DNA of 33,000 nt from Octopus sinensis (Eukaryota): positions 31,001 to 64,000 of the forward strand of contig NW_021833731.1 of the NCBI RefSeq assembly GCF_006345805.1, read 5' to 3'. Of this stretch, positions 11,154 to 22,106 are shown in pieces (the first letter of the stretch is position 1; each line of letters starts with the position of its first letter). Position numbers and translations under genes: made by a program. Under the pieces are notes generated by a model. It made no database searches. It was not told the origin of the DNA and saw only the letters and a list, made by a program, of their open reading frames with translations.

Positions 11154-12378
11154 CATAACCTGACGCAAATTTAATTTACCAATAGAATGTGTAAAATCGT
11201 TTTCGAAATCTTGAAAACATAAAAATTCCATTAAGAAAGAGGAATAATAATCTTTAAAAATCTTGATTATTCCCATATCCAAAGGTTGTAAATAGGGCGT
11301 TGTATTTTTCGGCAAAAATAAAAATTCGATGTTCGAACATTCGGCAGTTTTATGGCATCCCGCATTGTCAAGTATTAATAATTTTTTCTGTTGTTTTTGC
11401 AAAACGATTCATTTATAAGTGTAAGCCAACTCATAAAAGTCTTTCCAGTCATCCATGCATTTTGAGAAGATGAATACAATAACCCAAAATCTTGAACATC
11501 AAAATTTTTTAGACACCGAGGTTTTTTATATTTTCCAATAATCAATGGATTAAGTTTTCCCCGATTAAACTGCAGCATAGAAGAACAGTGAGTCTTTCTT
11601 TCCTTGTTTATAACCAAAACACGGTTCGCCTTGTTCAACAAATGATTTTTGAGGAGTTCTTTTTATAAAAAGCGCAGTTTCATCACAATTAAATATATTC
11701 TCAGGTCCATATTTTAATACTTTCTGGTCATATTTTTCAAAATAATTTTTCACCACATATTGACTTGAATTGAAGTTCATGCCGCAATTTAAATCTATCA
11801 AGCCACCCATTGGAAGCTTTAAAAGAAGTAAATCCAATTTTTGAAGCTGTAACTAAGGCAATTTTTTTCAAAATAGGGCCTGAAATCGGAATTTTATCTA
11901 CGCGTAGTCTTTGAAATATTTCAAAGACTTGATCATCAAATTTATCTTTATCGGCTTTAAATGTGTCATATTCCTCAGAAATAGTATTGCCGTGTTGCAA
12001 GAAAGGTACAATATTTCGTTTTATTCTTGATATTGTTCCTTTACTTGTGTTGTACTTTTTCATTAGTTGCCTCTCAGATAAATTTTTCTTCAAAATTTCT
12101 TTAGCAATCTTCAATTTAGTTTCGTAATCCATAACCACAACAATAAAAATATAAATTGAAAATAAAACAAAAAATAATTAATTTATTATAATTTTATTTT
12201 ATTTTTAATTCCTTATAAATGATTTTATGGTGCCCCAAAAATTCCATAATTTTTTATCGATTTTTATTTTTTTTCTGCCAAAATGTACTTTTGGAATAAA
12301 GTGCCCCAAATTGCGGGGGTGCCCCAAAATCCGAGGGTGCCCCACCCCTGGGGTCTGCCCCATTTTGGGGTCGGACTG
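11154..12378 (-). mobile_element. pogo/Tigger DNA transposon, frameshifted and lacking its 3' end, inserted in the retrotransposon
   Basis: The 5' end TA|CAGTCCGACCCC is at 12378, with repeated TTGGGGCAC subterminal motifs. Four overlapping ORFs carry the HTH/CENP-B region (FKASNGWLDRFKLRH), FNCDETALF, NAWMT, LILDNAGCH and LQPLDMGII. No matching TIR is present at 11154. Confidence 0.92.
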
Positions 12379-13583
12379 TATACTCCATTGCATCCAGAAG
12401 TCTTCCAGTTTGGCGCATAGTTAATAATACTTTTGATAAAGTCTGGTTTGATGTCAACTGGGGATTGTTCTATGCCAGTTATACGTTTTCCAACAACATC
12501 AGTAACAATATGATTTTCATCTTTTTTCCATGTCTTTTCCCAAAATGACAAACATTCACCTTCTGGCAACGTATATTTATTATCTTCTCCAGCATTCAGG
12601 TTTCGGGAAAACCTCTTTCTGTTGAGTTCAAAACAAAAATTGTCTCTTCTAAATGATTTTCGTGACTCATAAATCGAAATCCTTTTTTCCATGATTTTTA
12701 TTCTATCTTCAATTAACGTACATATTCTGGTGATTTCTCCCTTTTTCGACTTCTTATATCCAAAGGAGCACATAAAGTCCAGGGCCGTATCCTTTTCACT
12801 TTTGGATTTCAGACTGGAGAAATTAGCAATAAGAGTGAGGTTCTCCTTGCATTTAGTAATTCTCTTCTCAATATTTTCCCTCCAAGAGGTTCTTATTTTA
12901 TTTTTAAGAACCAAATTTTCGTATGCACATTGTCCTGCAAAAATAATATCCGTGATTTCGTTTATATCCTTTGGAGGACAAGTCAATACATAATTTGAAA
13001 TCACTGCATACAAAGCAACCAGAATATCTTTCTTAACCAATTTATATGGAATCTTTTTGGTAGGCTTTCTCGAATCCCTTGATATTGATACAACTCTCTT
13101 AATTTGGAAATTAAATTCTTTTTTACATTTTCCATATAAAAAAATTTCTGTTTTTGACAGTGAATTTCCGTTTTCTGTTACATCCACATCATTTTGAGTA
13201 CCACAAGTCTCATTATGGCGTTTCACTTTCAATAATTTTTTAACATCGGAGATGCTTTTCTGAACAAGAAAACGGGTATTGAAATTATGTACAATGAGGT
13301 TCCATCCACCACGAGGGATTCTTCCAAATCTCCGCTTAGCCGAATCAACAACAGAAGATATCCACTGCAATTTGTCGTTAGAATGTGTTTCAGTTATCAA
13401 TGATTTAAGGGGGAGCAAATGCGTTCGTGAAGGTTCAATATAAGGATCATTGCAAGTTTCAGGCATTCCATGTATCCCTGAAGACACGTTTCCAACTTCT
13501 GATTGATTATTATTATTTGTATTTTGTGTAGGAAGGCCCTCAGGATTTGTTTGCGGACTGGTGAAAACAGACATACACGTCAC
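12379..13583 (-). mobile_element. 5' part of the same RLE non-LTR retrotransposon ORF
   Basis: About 400 codons ending ...YAPNWKTSGCNGVY (cf. APNWKAPGPDGI, just before RT domain 1). The frame resumes at 11153 with CF-IKKFESLHNYLCDEILKIING..WFYTG. Confidence 0.88.
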
Positions 13584-13774
13584 ACTTCAAACTATTTATC
13601 ATTATTATTCGGACAATGATTATTCGGACTATATTACAGTGACTATGCATAATTTGTATCAAACTAGTGAGAGAATACAAAATAGTCAGCCTACACCGTT
13701 TGCTTTTTACTTTCGGCCTGAAGGTAAAATAATCCGAAGGTAAGAAGGTAAAATAAAGATAGGGAAGCCTGGGA

Positions 13775-14330
13775 CTAACTAACACAATCCAAATCATTGA
13801 ATCCATATGGCTTAAACTCCATGGTACCCACATAATCATCAAGCAATGAAATGGCATACTCATTTAATGCTATGAATGAATTCACAGTATTTAAACGAGT
13901 TTTACATAACACTGCTACCCGCACTCCATCTATTTTTTAGTTTCAAAAAGAATGAGCGATTTGGGGCTTTCTATGTACCCGAGGTATATATACCCCTCGT
14001 TATCCTTCAACACTTTCACCAGATTGCCAAAAAATTGCGAATTGGTTTCCAACTTGAAGATATTTAGTTCCAATCCTATTTGCCCCGTGAATTCGCTCAC
14101 GAATTTTCCCGTAGAGTTAATTTGCTTTGAGGACAGAGCAAACAACTTAATTTCGCCGAAAACACAAGGTGGTTCATGTTAAGCACATGTCCCTCTGAGT
14201 TATTGACAGATTTTCGTGTTTTTTATTGAGAAAGCTACTCAATGATTCGAGGCAGAGTACAAAAAGCAGAGGCGACATGTTATCTCCTTGTAGAATCCCC
14301 CTAATTGTTATTCTATTTGAGATGAACACT
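13775..14330 (-). pseudogene. Older RLE-type RT remnant
   Basis: Reads GILQGDNMSPLLFVL, EIKLFA, GYIYLGYIE and YAISLLDDYVG..FNDLD, collinear with the RT of the 8820-11153 element but broken. Confidence 0.8.
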
Positions 14331-14549
14331 CCATAAATAAGTAACACCACTGCACAGCCAGCTTGGAATACAATCACATTATATTGAACATACAGACGTG
14401 CAATGCAATCCAATCGGCAGTGAATAATCACTTCTTTATTCTTGTTATATCACCTTCTTCTGAGTATTTTATTACCGTCCCACCAAGTGTGTGTCAATAT
14501 ACCAACTCACCTAGTCATACCAAAGACCGAGGCCTAATTAATTAGTTAA

Positions 14550-15453
14550 ATGTTGAATAATATAAGTTATATCAAGACATGTAACAAAAGTGTATTGAAT
14601 AAAACACATGTTTTGATGCGCGAGTTGGAGGTTGTGTGTTTAGTGAATTATTTCAGATTACAGATCAAGGAGAGACTCGTTCTACAGAAATGGGTTCCCG
14701 AATGGTGTATGTATTATAACCGAACATCCTATTAGACTCACTGGACTCGGATCCTTGTCTTCCGTTTCCAATAAACGCAAATTCGTTCCAATAAAAAGAG
14801 AAGCATCAGAGAATGAGGGGAAGAGACCTCGTTTGTCACCCTACAGAACAAAGAAATGTGTGCAGGAGAGTCCTCCCATTCGAAAACCTGTGAAGAGCAA
14901 GGAGGAACCTGTATTGAAACCCAAGCGGGGAGTGAGAGGGGAGTGTGGGGGAAGTGTGGCAGGTGGAAGGGAGTGCGTGATGGGAGGACGGAAGGTGGTG
15001 AAGGAGGTGGTGGGTCACAGCAAAGGAGTGATGCCGATAGTGTCGACGGGGGCGAGGAGTGTGGGTTGTGTGTGTCCTATAGCTGGTATGTGTGCTTGTC
15101 ATTGTGCTAGACTTAATGAGAGAACACTTCACGGTGTTGTTTCCCCAGTACTGTCCCCTCCTCCAAGGAAATACTTTGGTTATATTCCTCGTTCATTGTA
15201 GCAATCCACTCGGGCACTCTCCACGGGCATGCAGGCCGTCCTCCACGGAAATGGAAAGGTCTATTTGAACGTCGGGGAGTCCGCGCATACGAACTCCAGC
15301 CAGTCAATACTGTCAGACAGTCCGCGGTTGCCTCCCCCATTCCATTTGCAGGTTCTCAACTCCATATCCTTCAAGGACGGCATCTCTTCTGTCCTCCAGT
15401 TTGGAGAAATGGGGTGTCTCGTCATTGCTGTCCCCGTCATTCCCCCCCACTGA
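14550..15453 (+). CDS. Orphan 5-exon gene (266 aa) with a basic/Pro-rich NLS-like middle
   Basis: Introns 14631-14656 (26 nt), 14707-14735 (29, GTATGT), 15086-15110 (25, GTATGT) and 15179-15201 (23) join track ORFs 14550, 14755 and 15229 into one 801-nt frame. No homology recognised. Confidence 0.65.
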
Positions 15454-17398
15454 TTATATTTCCTTATTTCTTGAATACACTTTATTTATTTGTATAATAA
15501 GTTATTATATTAATTGGGGGCCTGTTCCCCTCAACTCGAGGATTTGCGAAGGTCGTGTTCTATACAATCCACTTCTCCACTCAAACATGGTCATCTCATC
15601 TGGGCTTTTTCCATTCTTACGGTCGAGTCCAACTGGTTTGTGTAGGGAAGGAAATCAGCAGAATTGAGTGGTTTTTTACCATGTTGATGCATTTGGGAGT
15701 AATTTTCTTTTGTCTCGCCGTATGAGTTCCCTGCCAGCCTAGAATAGAGTTCGACTGGTTCATGAGCATCATTGGTGCTGTTTTCGTGATGTCTTTCAAA
15801 AATGTATGTCGGGGAATTAAGACCATTTAAGTTGGTAGACTAATGCACATTGATATTTGAATCTTGGTTTATTTAAATATTCGACAATTGGAAAGTCTAT
15901 TGTGCCAATTCTCAATTTTTGATTTTATTTTAGAGATGGGTTTGACACTCCAGACTATACCTGCGGAAACAGAACATGCACCTTATTAATGGGGCTGACG
16001 AATAATACGCCAAATAATAACATCACTAGTACTAAGTTGCCCAAACTCAGCAAGTACAGGTATTGCCAGTAATAATAGGTCCGTTTCCGATGGAACCTGC
16101 AGTCATTGTAGCTTCATTAATTTTCCAGGTCTTGATTGCAGATTGACTGGAGGGTGGGATTTTCTTTCAAGGTCAGAGAATAATCTTTCTTATCTTCTAT
16201 TCTTTTTTTCTTTTACATTTTCACCAATTGGTTTCATGGCATTGATCCCTCTGTATTCAGCACAACAGTATTTTATATATTATTTGTTGGTTGAGTTGGT
16301 TGACACCTCTCACTTTGTGATGTCTTTATCGTACTCTCGATCTGTCCATCCTACGCTTTTTCCATAGCAGCTTTCAGTGTCAGAGGAAGCGCGTCACTTT
16401 AACAATCAGTTCAATCGGGAGGATACTTCATTGCTCTCACAATTCGACAGCCTCGTTCACTGAAAAATATATTTACAGAGTAATGCTTTGACTGAATAAC
16501 AACAGGTGCAGCGGGTTATGATAATATTTGCTGAGCACACCGACCAAGCTTGCAGAAAGGATAGCCTTTATATTTCAGTAATGTACATTGCAAAAGTAAG
16601 CATAGTGAGTGAATCCAACTCATCTCATTAGTCCAGGTGAGATGCATTCCATTTGCTATTTTTAATAATTTTTGTGAAAAGTAAACATAGTGAGTGAATC
16701 CAACTTCTCCAAAGACCAGCGATAATTTTTGTGAAAGGTATTGCTGAATGTTCAGATTATATTCTTACGTTTTTAATCAACATATTTTGCATGAATCGGT
16801 CAAATAGGACCTCAGTTGGTCCAAGTCATGGTTATTTTCTGCGGACAACTTGTTTTGCAAACACTGAACAACATATTCGTTGTCATCATTTCTCGACTTA
16901 GGTTGTTAAATATCTTCGAGTAATTGAGGGTTGACCATACCTTTGAAGTTGAGCTATTTTTTACACATTTTGTAATGTTCGTCATAGCCATTGAAACAAC
17001 TGCTTTTGAACATGTAAGCTGACTAATTCACGTTGGCAGGCAACAATAATTACATTGCCCTCTTAATTAATCAGACTTAAAAAGGATAAAACTAAGTACA
17101 AATCGAGGTCTAATAACCTCAATAATATTTGATGTTGTATTAATAATTCTCCCTGATGAGTACATTTTAGACACAAACTGACAATATTTAAATCAAGTAT
17201 ATACAGAAGAAAACTAGATGTGAGCTAGAGTAAGTGGCTGAAAGAATAGTCGAGAGCCTAAGGGTCAGCTCAATGCACAGCGCATGTCAGACACAAACAA
17301 CATATTCGGCGGATCTGATGATAAAACTAATAGAGGAATTAGTAGATTACTCAGATGTGATAATGTTCTATAAAAGAATACAGTCTAATCTTTAATTG

Positions 17399-18720
17399 TC
17401 AACTTGGCACTAAGAGGCATTGTCAAGGTGCAAAGGAGCAAGCACTTATTAACTGTTGTGTGAACAGGTCACATGAGTACAAATTATTTTCTTCATGGGT
17501 AGATGTTAAAAAAGCCTTTGACTCAATCAATCACGAATTCCTTGCAGTGATTCTAAAAACTCCGGGCTTCCTGAATGGATAACAAAATTTATAATGTCAA
17601 TAATTCCAAATTGGAAGGTTTCCCTCAAATTAGGAAAGCAGCATCTGGGAATTGTTAACATAGAACGTGGAATACTCCAAGTAGATTCCCTGTCTCCTCA
17701 GTTGTTTATTTTGACTTTGGATCCGTTGAGCAGATTGTTATCAGCTAAATACCTAAATTTATCAGTAAATACCGATCAAGAAAATTTAGTGTTTTTTTCT
17801 ACAAACCATTTTTTGTTCATTGATGATTTGAAACAGCTCGCCAAAGATGAGATCACACTCGGATGTATGATGGAAGACGTGGATTTATTTTTTAAAGCTT
17901 CGGGTTTGGAAAAAAATTGTGAGAAGTCGGCAACAAATAGCTGTTTATTGAGAAAAGATACCAAACTGCTGGACTGGATAGTTACCGTTATTTGGGTGTA
18001 TTGGAAAACAAGTCTAGTCAGGTTGTTAAAGAAGAAGTTTTGAAAAATTTACGGATTGAGATTCAACAACGTATCGAAAGATTGTCGAAAACGAAACTAA
18101 ATTTGGTGAATTTGTTTAAGACAATTAATGAACATGCTTTATCCTTGTACAATTATTATATCGGCCTTCTGGATTTGAAACCGTCCGCTTTTGATGAAAT
18201 TGACAAATTTGTCAGGAAGCTGTTAATGGATCTAAATATTCATATGAAATATTCAAAAAAAGAACCTAATATGGCTTATTGAAATGGGTGTGACTTCAAT
18301 AGATAACCTAAAGAGTGTGGAAGTAAAAAAATTGCACAAATACGACATTTTAGCTAGTGAATTACAACTGATTCACAAGGCTAGGTGAAGATTGTGCCAA
18401 TTGTTATTACGTGGGATAGAATCGTCTCAACGTTCTACCGCAAGTACATGGAGCTCCTTGGGATTGAAGAAAGTGTTTGTTCCTACATCCAGACTGTAAC
18501 GCTGAAGGCCACTCTGGAGAGCATGTTTGTCGAGTACAAACATGGCTTCACTGAAATCCTGGACTCTGCAAATTCCGTAAATAGGGACTGGCGGAAATAT
18601 AATGAAGATCAGCAAGTCCCTTAAGAGACCCAGAGACTGCAGGAGGAGATTGAGGATAATGGCGAGGACGATCAGAGTGGAGTCATGGGGAACTCGGAAA
18701 ACAAAAATTGGAGAGTAATT
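17399..18720 (+). pseudogene. Internally deleted copy of the RLE non-LTR retrotransposon family
   Basis: Reads LGTKRHCQGAKEQALIN, DVKKAFDSINHEF, LSPQLF and FIDDLK. Near 18255 it jumps directly to LIEMGVTS..KLHKYDILA..IVITWD, so the CCHC and most of the RLE domain are deleted. Confidence 0.88.
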
Positions 18721-18778
18721 ATTAATTAGCTAAATTAGATGAATTAAAAGAGGGAATAAAATAGAGTGTAGTGTGGTG

Positions 18779-21537
18779 ATGGATCTGTCAATGTTGTTGG
18801 AGCAATCAGTGTTGGGAAGTAGAGTGTTGTGTAAAGTTGTAGACCCGTGTGAAGTGAAGAAGTGCCTGGAAGTGCTGGAGGAGGCGTGTGAAAGGAATTT
18901 AGTGGGTGGTGTGAGTAAAGTGTAGACGGAAGTGATGTTGGAGCTGTCGGAAGTAATAAAGGGGGAGAGCAAGGAGGTAGTATGTAGACAGGCGTGCATC
19001 CAATTGAAGAATATAATATTTGGGAGTGTGAACAGTGAGAAGCGTGTGTGGCTGGCGCAACGGTGGAGAGAGCAGGAAGAGTGGGCGCGTGAGAGGATAA
19101 AATGGAATGTGAGGAGTGAGTAATGAGGCAGATTGTGTGTGGACTGGGAAAGGAGAGGTGGAGACCGAGCAGTGTGGCGATGGTGTATTCTGCAGTGGCG
19201 TGTGTGGAGATGGCGTTTGGAGAGTGGGAGGAGGGAGTGGTGTTATTGTGCAACAACGTGATGGAGGGGCGTGTGACGGAGGCCAGTTTGGAGGCTCTGG
19301 GGTTCATAGCGAATGACCTGGTGTGGTGTGTGGTAATAGTGCAGGACTGTTCGTACATGGCCCAACACACGGACTTGTTGGTGAGTGCGATTGTGCGTGG
19401 AATGGAGGCGAGTGTGTGAGTGGTGTTTGTCCTATTTAGTGGATATATCCAATTGGCCGCACTGAGGGCTCTCCACTCGACAGTCCCCCTCCTGCAGGCC
19501 AAGGTCCCCCTCCTCTGGTCTACGATAGAATGAACGGGACGTGATAATGAAGGTGGTCTGCCAGTCGTGCCACTCGTCGGACGTGGACGTGGCCGACATG
19601 TCCCTCAGGTGCCTGGATGTCATGGCCGCACACTTTTACGAGTACTTGGAGGACTACATGGCCGACTTGATCTTCCCGGTAGTGAGGACATGACATGTAC
19701 AGATCACGCTCAATGCCATCCAAAGTGAGTCACACGTCCTCCAGGGAATCGAGTTCTGGTCGAGCATTTGTGAGGTGGAGTTGTCCTCCCCCCACTCGTC
19801 CAAGTTGTACGCACAGGCAGCCATGCCCCACATTATATACCCAATACTCACACACCTCCCCAAACAACACGAGGATGACGACACCGACGGCTGCTGGATC
19901 CCCCCCAAAGCAGCCTCCGTCTGTCTCACACTCCTCAGCGAATGCTGCCACGACCACATCCTCCCCCACGTCCTCCACTTTGCAGAACAGTTCATCGGAC
20001 ATGCCCATTGGAATATGCGGGAGGCCGCCGTGATGGCATTCGGTCGTGTTTGTGTGTCACTCCAGGCTGTGTCGTCCGCCACAACATTGCCCCACACGCC
20101 CTCCGCGTCCTCCCCCTCCTCCTCACACTCGCCACTACCGACCCCAGTGTGGCAGTCCGCGACACAGTCGTCTGGGTACTCGGCCAGTTGTGCGAGCACG
20201 TCCCCCACCTCCCCTTCCACGACATTGCCCACACACTCCGCACGTGTCTCACACACGAACCACGAGTGGCCACCAATGCCTGCTACGTTACCATTCTTAT
20301 TCACTTGTAGGCACTCTCCACTCTTGCTTCCACTGCCCCTCACTCACTCTCCCCACACTTTCACCATCTGTTCGACGCACTCTTTCGCCTCTGCACTACA
20401 CACTACGACTCGGTGTACTACGAGACTCTGATCTGTCTGATCACACACAACATACTCCCCGACATGTCTCCTGTCCTCTCACATTACTTCCCACTCATCG
20501 TCCAATTCCTACAACATACACTCCAATTCGACAATCAATTCCACGTACAGTCACTCCTCTGTGCACTCATCAGAGTACTCCTCCCCATCACCACAGTCCA
20601 TTGTCCTCCTCCTCCCCCTCTCACAACTCACACACGCAGACACTGCCTTCCACATCCTCTCCACCTTCCTCTCCTCCCCCGCCCACCACCATGTCCACGA
20701 GGACGCCCTTTACGCCCTCTCTCCCTTTCTCGACGATACTAACACTCACACCATTCTCCCCCTCTTGCTTAATCTCCTCACACCCCACAACGACCAACAG
20801 GTTCTCCACTCTCCCCATCACAGGTCTTGTTCGCCTGTCTGGCACTCCTCGCCGACATCCACTCCCCTCAACACATCCTTCCCTACGCACACCCCCTCAT
20901 GTCCTCTCTCTGGAATATCCTCCTCGTAACTCTCCTCACTATTCCACAGAGTTCACACACCTCCGACAAACTCAAGGCTGTCATTTTGGCCGGCTTCGGG
21001 GACTTGGCCTTGTCACTTGGCCACCACTTTGCCCCATTCGCCACCCTCGTCCTCGACACACTCCAATCCGCTGCCTCCGCCTCTTTCGACCAAGTCCTCC
21101 CTTCCCTCATTCCAGTCCACACAACAAGGCCTCGCTCTCCTCTCACAGACACACGAAGCATGCATTCAGGCATACACTGGCATTGTCCAGGGACTCGCGG
21201 GTGCCTTGTTCTTTAACCACCAGCTTCACACTCTTCCCTTCTCAATCCACATCTCCCCTTCTTGTTCGACTTTCTCACTTCCGTCGCTGCCAACTCTTCC
21301 ATTTACGACATTTCCACCCTCGAAAATTTGTGCGGACTATTGGGGTGTCCACACCTTCTCACTCCTAGGGACATGTTGGGCATGTTTTCCACACAAACTC
21401 GCTCCCTCTTCGCCCTCGACTCCGTCAACCAACTGTTGACCAACGACCGGCTCACATGCACCCCCAACGGCAAGAAGACTGTCAATTGGGTTAAGAAGCA
21501 GTTAAAAAAGGCAAATAAGGCGTATGACTGTGTATGA
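18779..21537 (+). CDS. KPNB1: Importin subunit beta-1 (karyopherin beta 1), 16 exons, ~801 aa
   Basis: Conserved landmarks: MDLSMLLEQSV, QLKN, QRW, RPSS, EASLEALGFI, LQGIEFWSSICEVE, W.PPKAASVCLTLL, REAAVMAFG, DPSVAVRDT, EPRVATNAC, QSLLCAL, HEDAL, FGDLAL, EACIQAYTGIVQGL. Introns: 18819-18842, 18902-18925, 19109-19131, 19321-19344, 19416-19439, 19504-19528, 19679-19702, 20043-20065, 20287-20310, 20575-20596, 20801-20823, 20926-20949, 21094-21115, 21201-21223, 21345-21368. Spliced length is 2406 nt. Four stopless 24-nt introns are inferred from homology only. Confidence 0.95.
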
Positions 21538-21688
21538 TTGTTCTTTCTTTTGTTTGCTTGTTATTCTGTGGCCACCAACGTAGGGACTATTCGAGTAGGC
21601 ATGTCGGTAGTTTACATTACCCACATTTCTCCTCTCCTTATTCCCTTCGTTGGCCCATCTGTATAGTTGTTAATATAGGTGGTGATGT

Positions 21689-22106
21689 GTGCAGGACATA
21701 AATGTGACGAGCAGGGCGAGTAGTACAATATATGATTGATATTGTCGGCCTACATTCACGACAGTGAGTTGGTACGTCTACATGCACTACCGAGTGGGGA
21801 AAAGGTACGAGTCCTCTTTACACGTAGAGACCGCAAGTTGTTGAACTACGACAGTGTGGTGGCCATCGAGCCACTACTCAAAGATAAGTGCCACGTTTAT
21901 TAATATCCCAGCTATGTCAGGCAACTAAAGAAGAACATGGAGGCCGATATCATGAAGGACGTCGAGGGGTGGGCCAATATTAGCCAGTCTACCACAACGA
22001 GGGCGACCACTGGATTGACCCTTCCATCGACGAGTACTACGCCCATGCTCCACGCATGAGGAACCGATTTAAGTACAAAAACACGTCCTTCACTCCCCTC
22101 TTCTAA
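21689..22106 (+). pseudogene. NDUFA13: NDUFA13/GRIM-19 (respiratory complex I accessory subunit) pseudogene
   Basis: Fragments VQD..., VSWYVYMHYR.GKR|DRKLLNYDSVVAIEPLL, YVRQLKKNMEADIMKDVEGW and VYHNEGDHWIDPSIDEYYA match NDUFA13 (IALLPLL..RENLEEEAIIMKDVPDW..VFHT.RWVPP). It retains two tiny introns (21805-21827, 21888-21911) but lacks DMPPPGGY and has frame breaks near 21755 and 21985, a stop at 21737 and no clean start. Confidence 0.7.

Noticed and set aside
12205-12457. Small ORFs around the GC-rich patch
   Set aside because: They derive from the pogo terminal and subterminal repeats, not from genes.
13690-13790. Hammerhead/HDV ribozyme in the retrotransposon 5' UTR
   Set aside because: TTACCTTC repeats and partial cores are present, but stems and conserved core nucleotides do not fit either fold.
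14744-15340. Minus-strand and alternative-frame ORFs over the 14550 gene
   Set aside because: Shadow ORFs produced by high GC and skew. A weak Rad9-like KTH motif in the real frame was also too short to support a name.
15600-17050. Possible Ty3/gypsy gag and integrase relics
   Set aside because: Only faint motif echoes (TLKAAMEKA, QRYGQPS) in broken frames, with no LTRs or diagnostic catalytic motifs.
18730-21485. The many long overlapping ORFs (e.g. 18744-19502 minus, 20046-21368 plus)
   Set aside because: Off-frame or antisense shadows of importin-beta, caused by stop-codon depletion in skewed GC-rich DNA.
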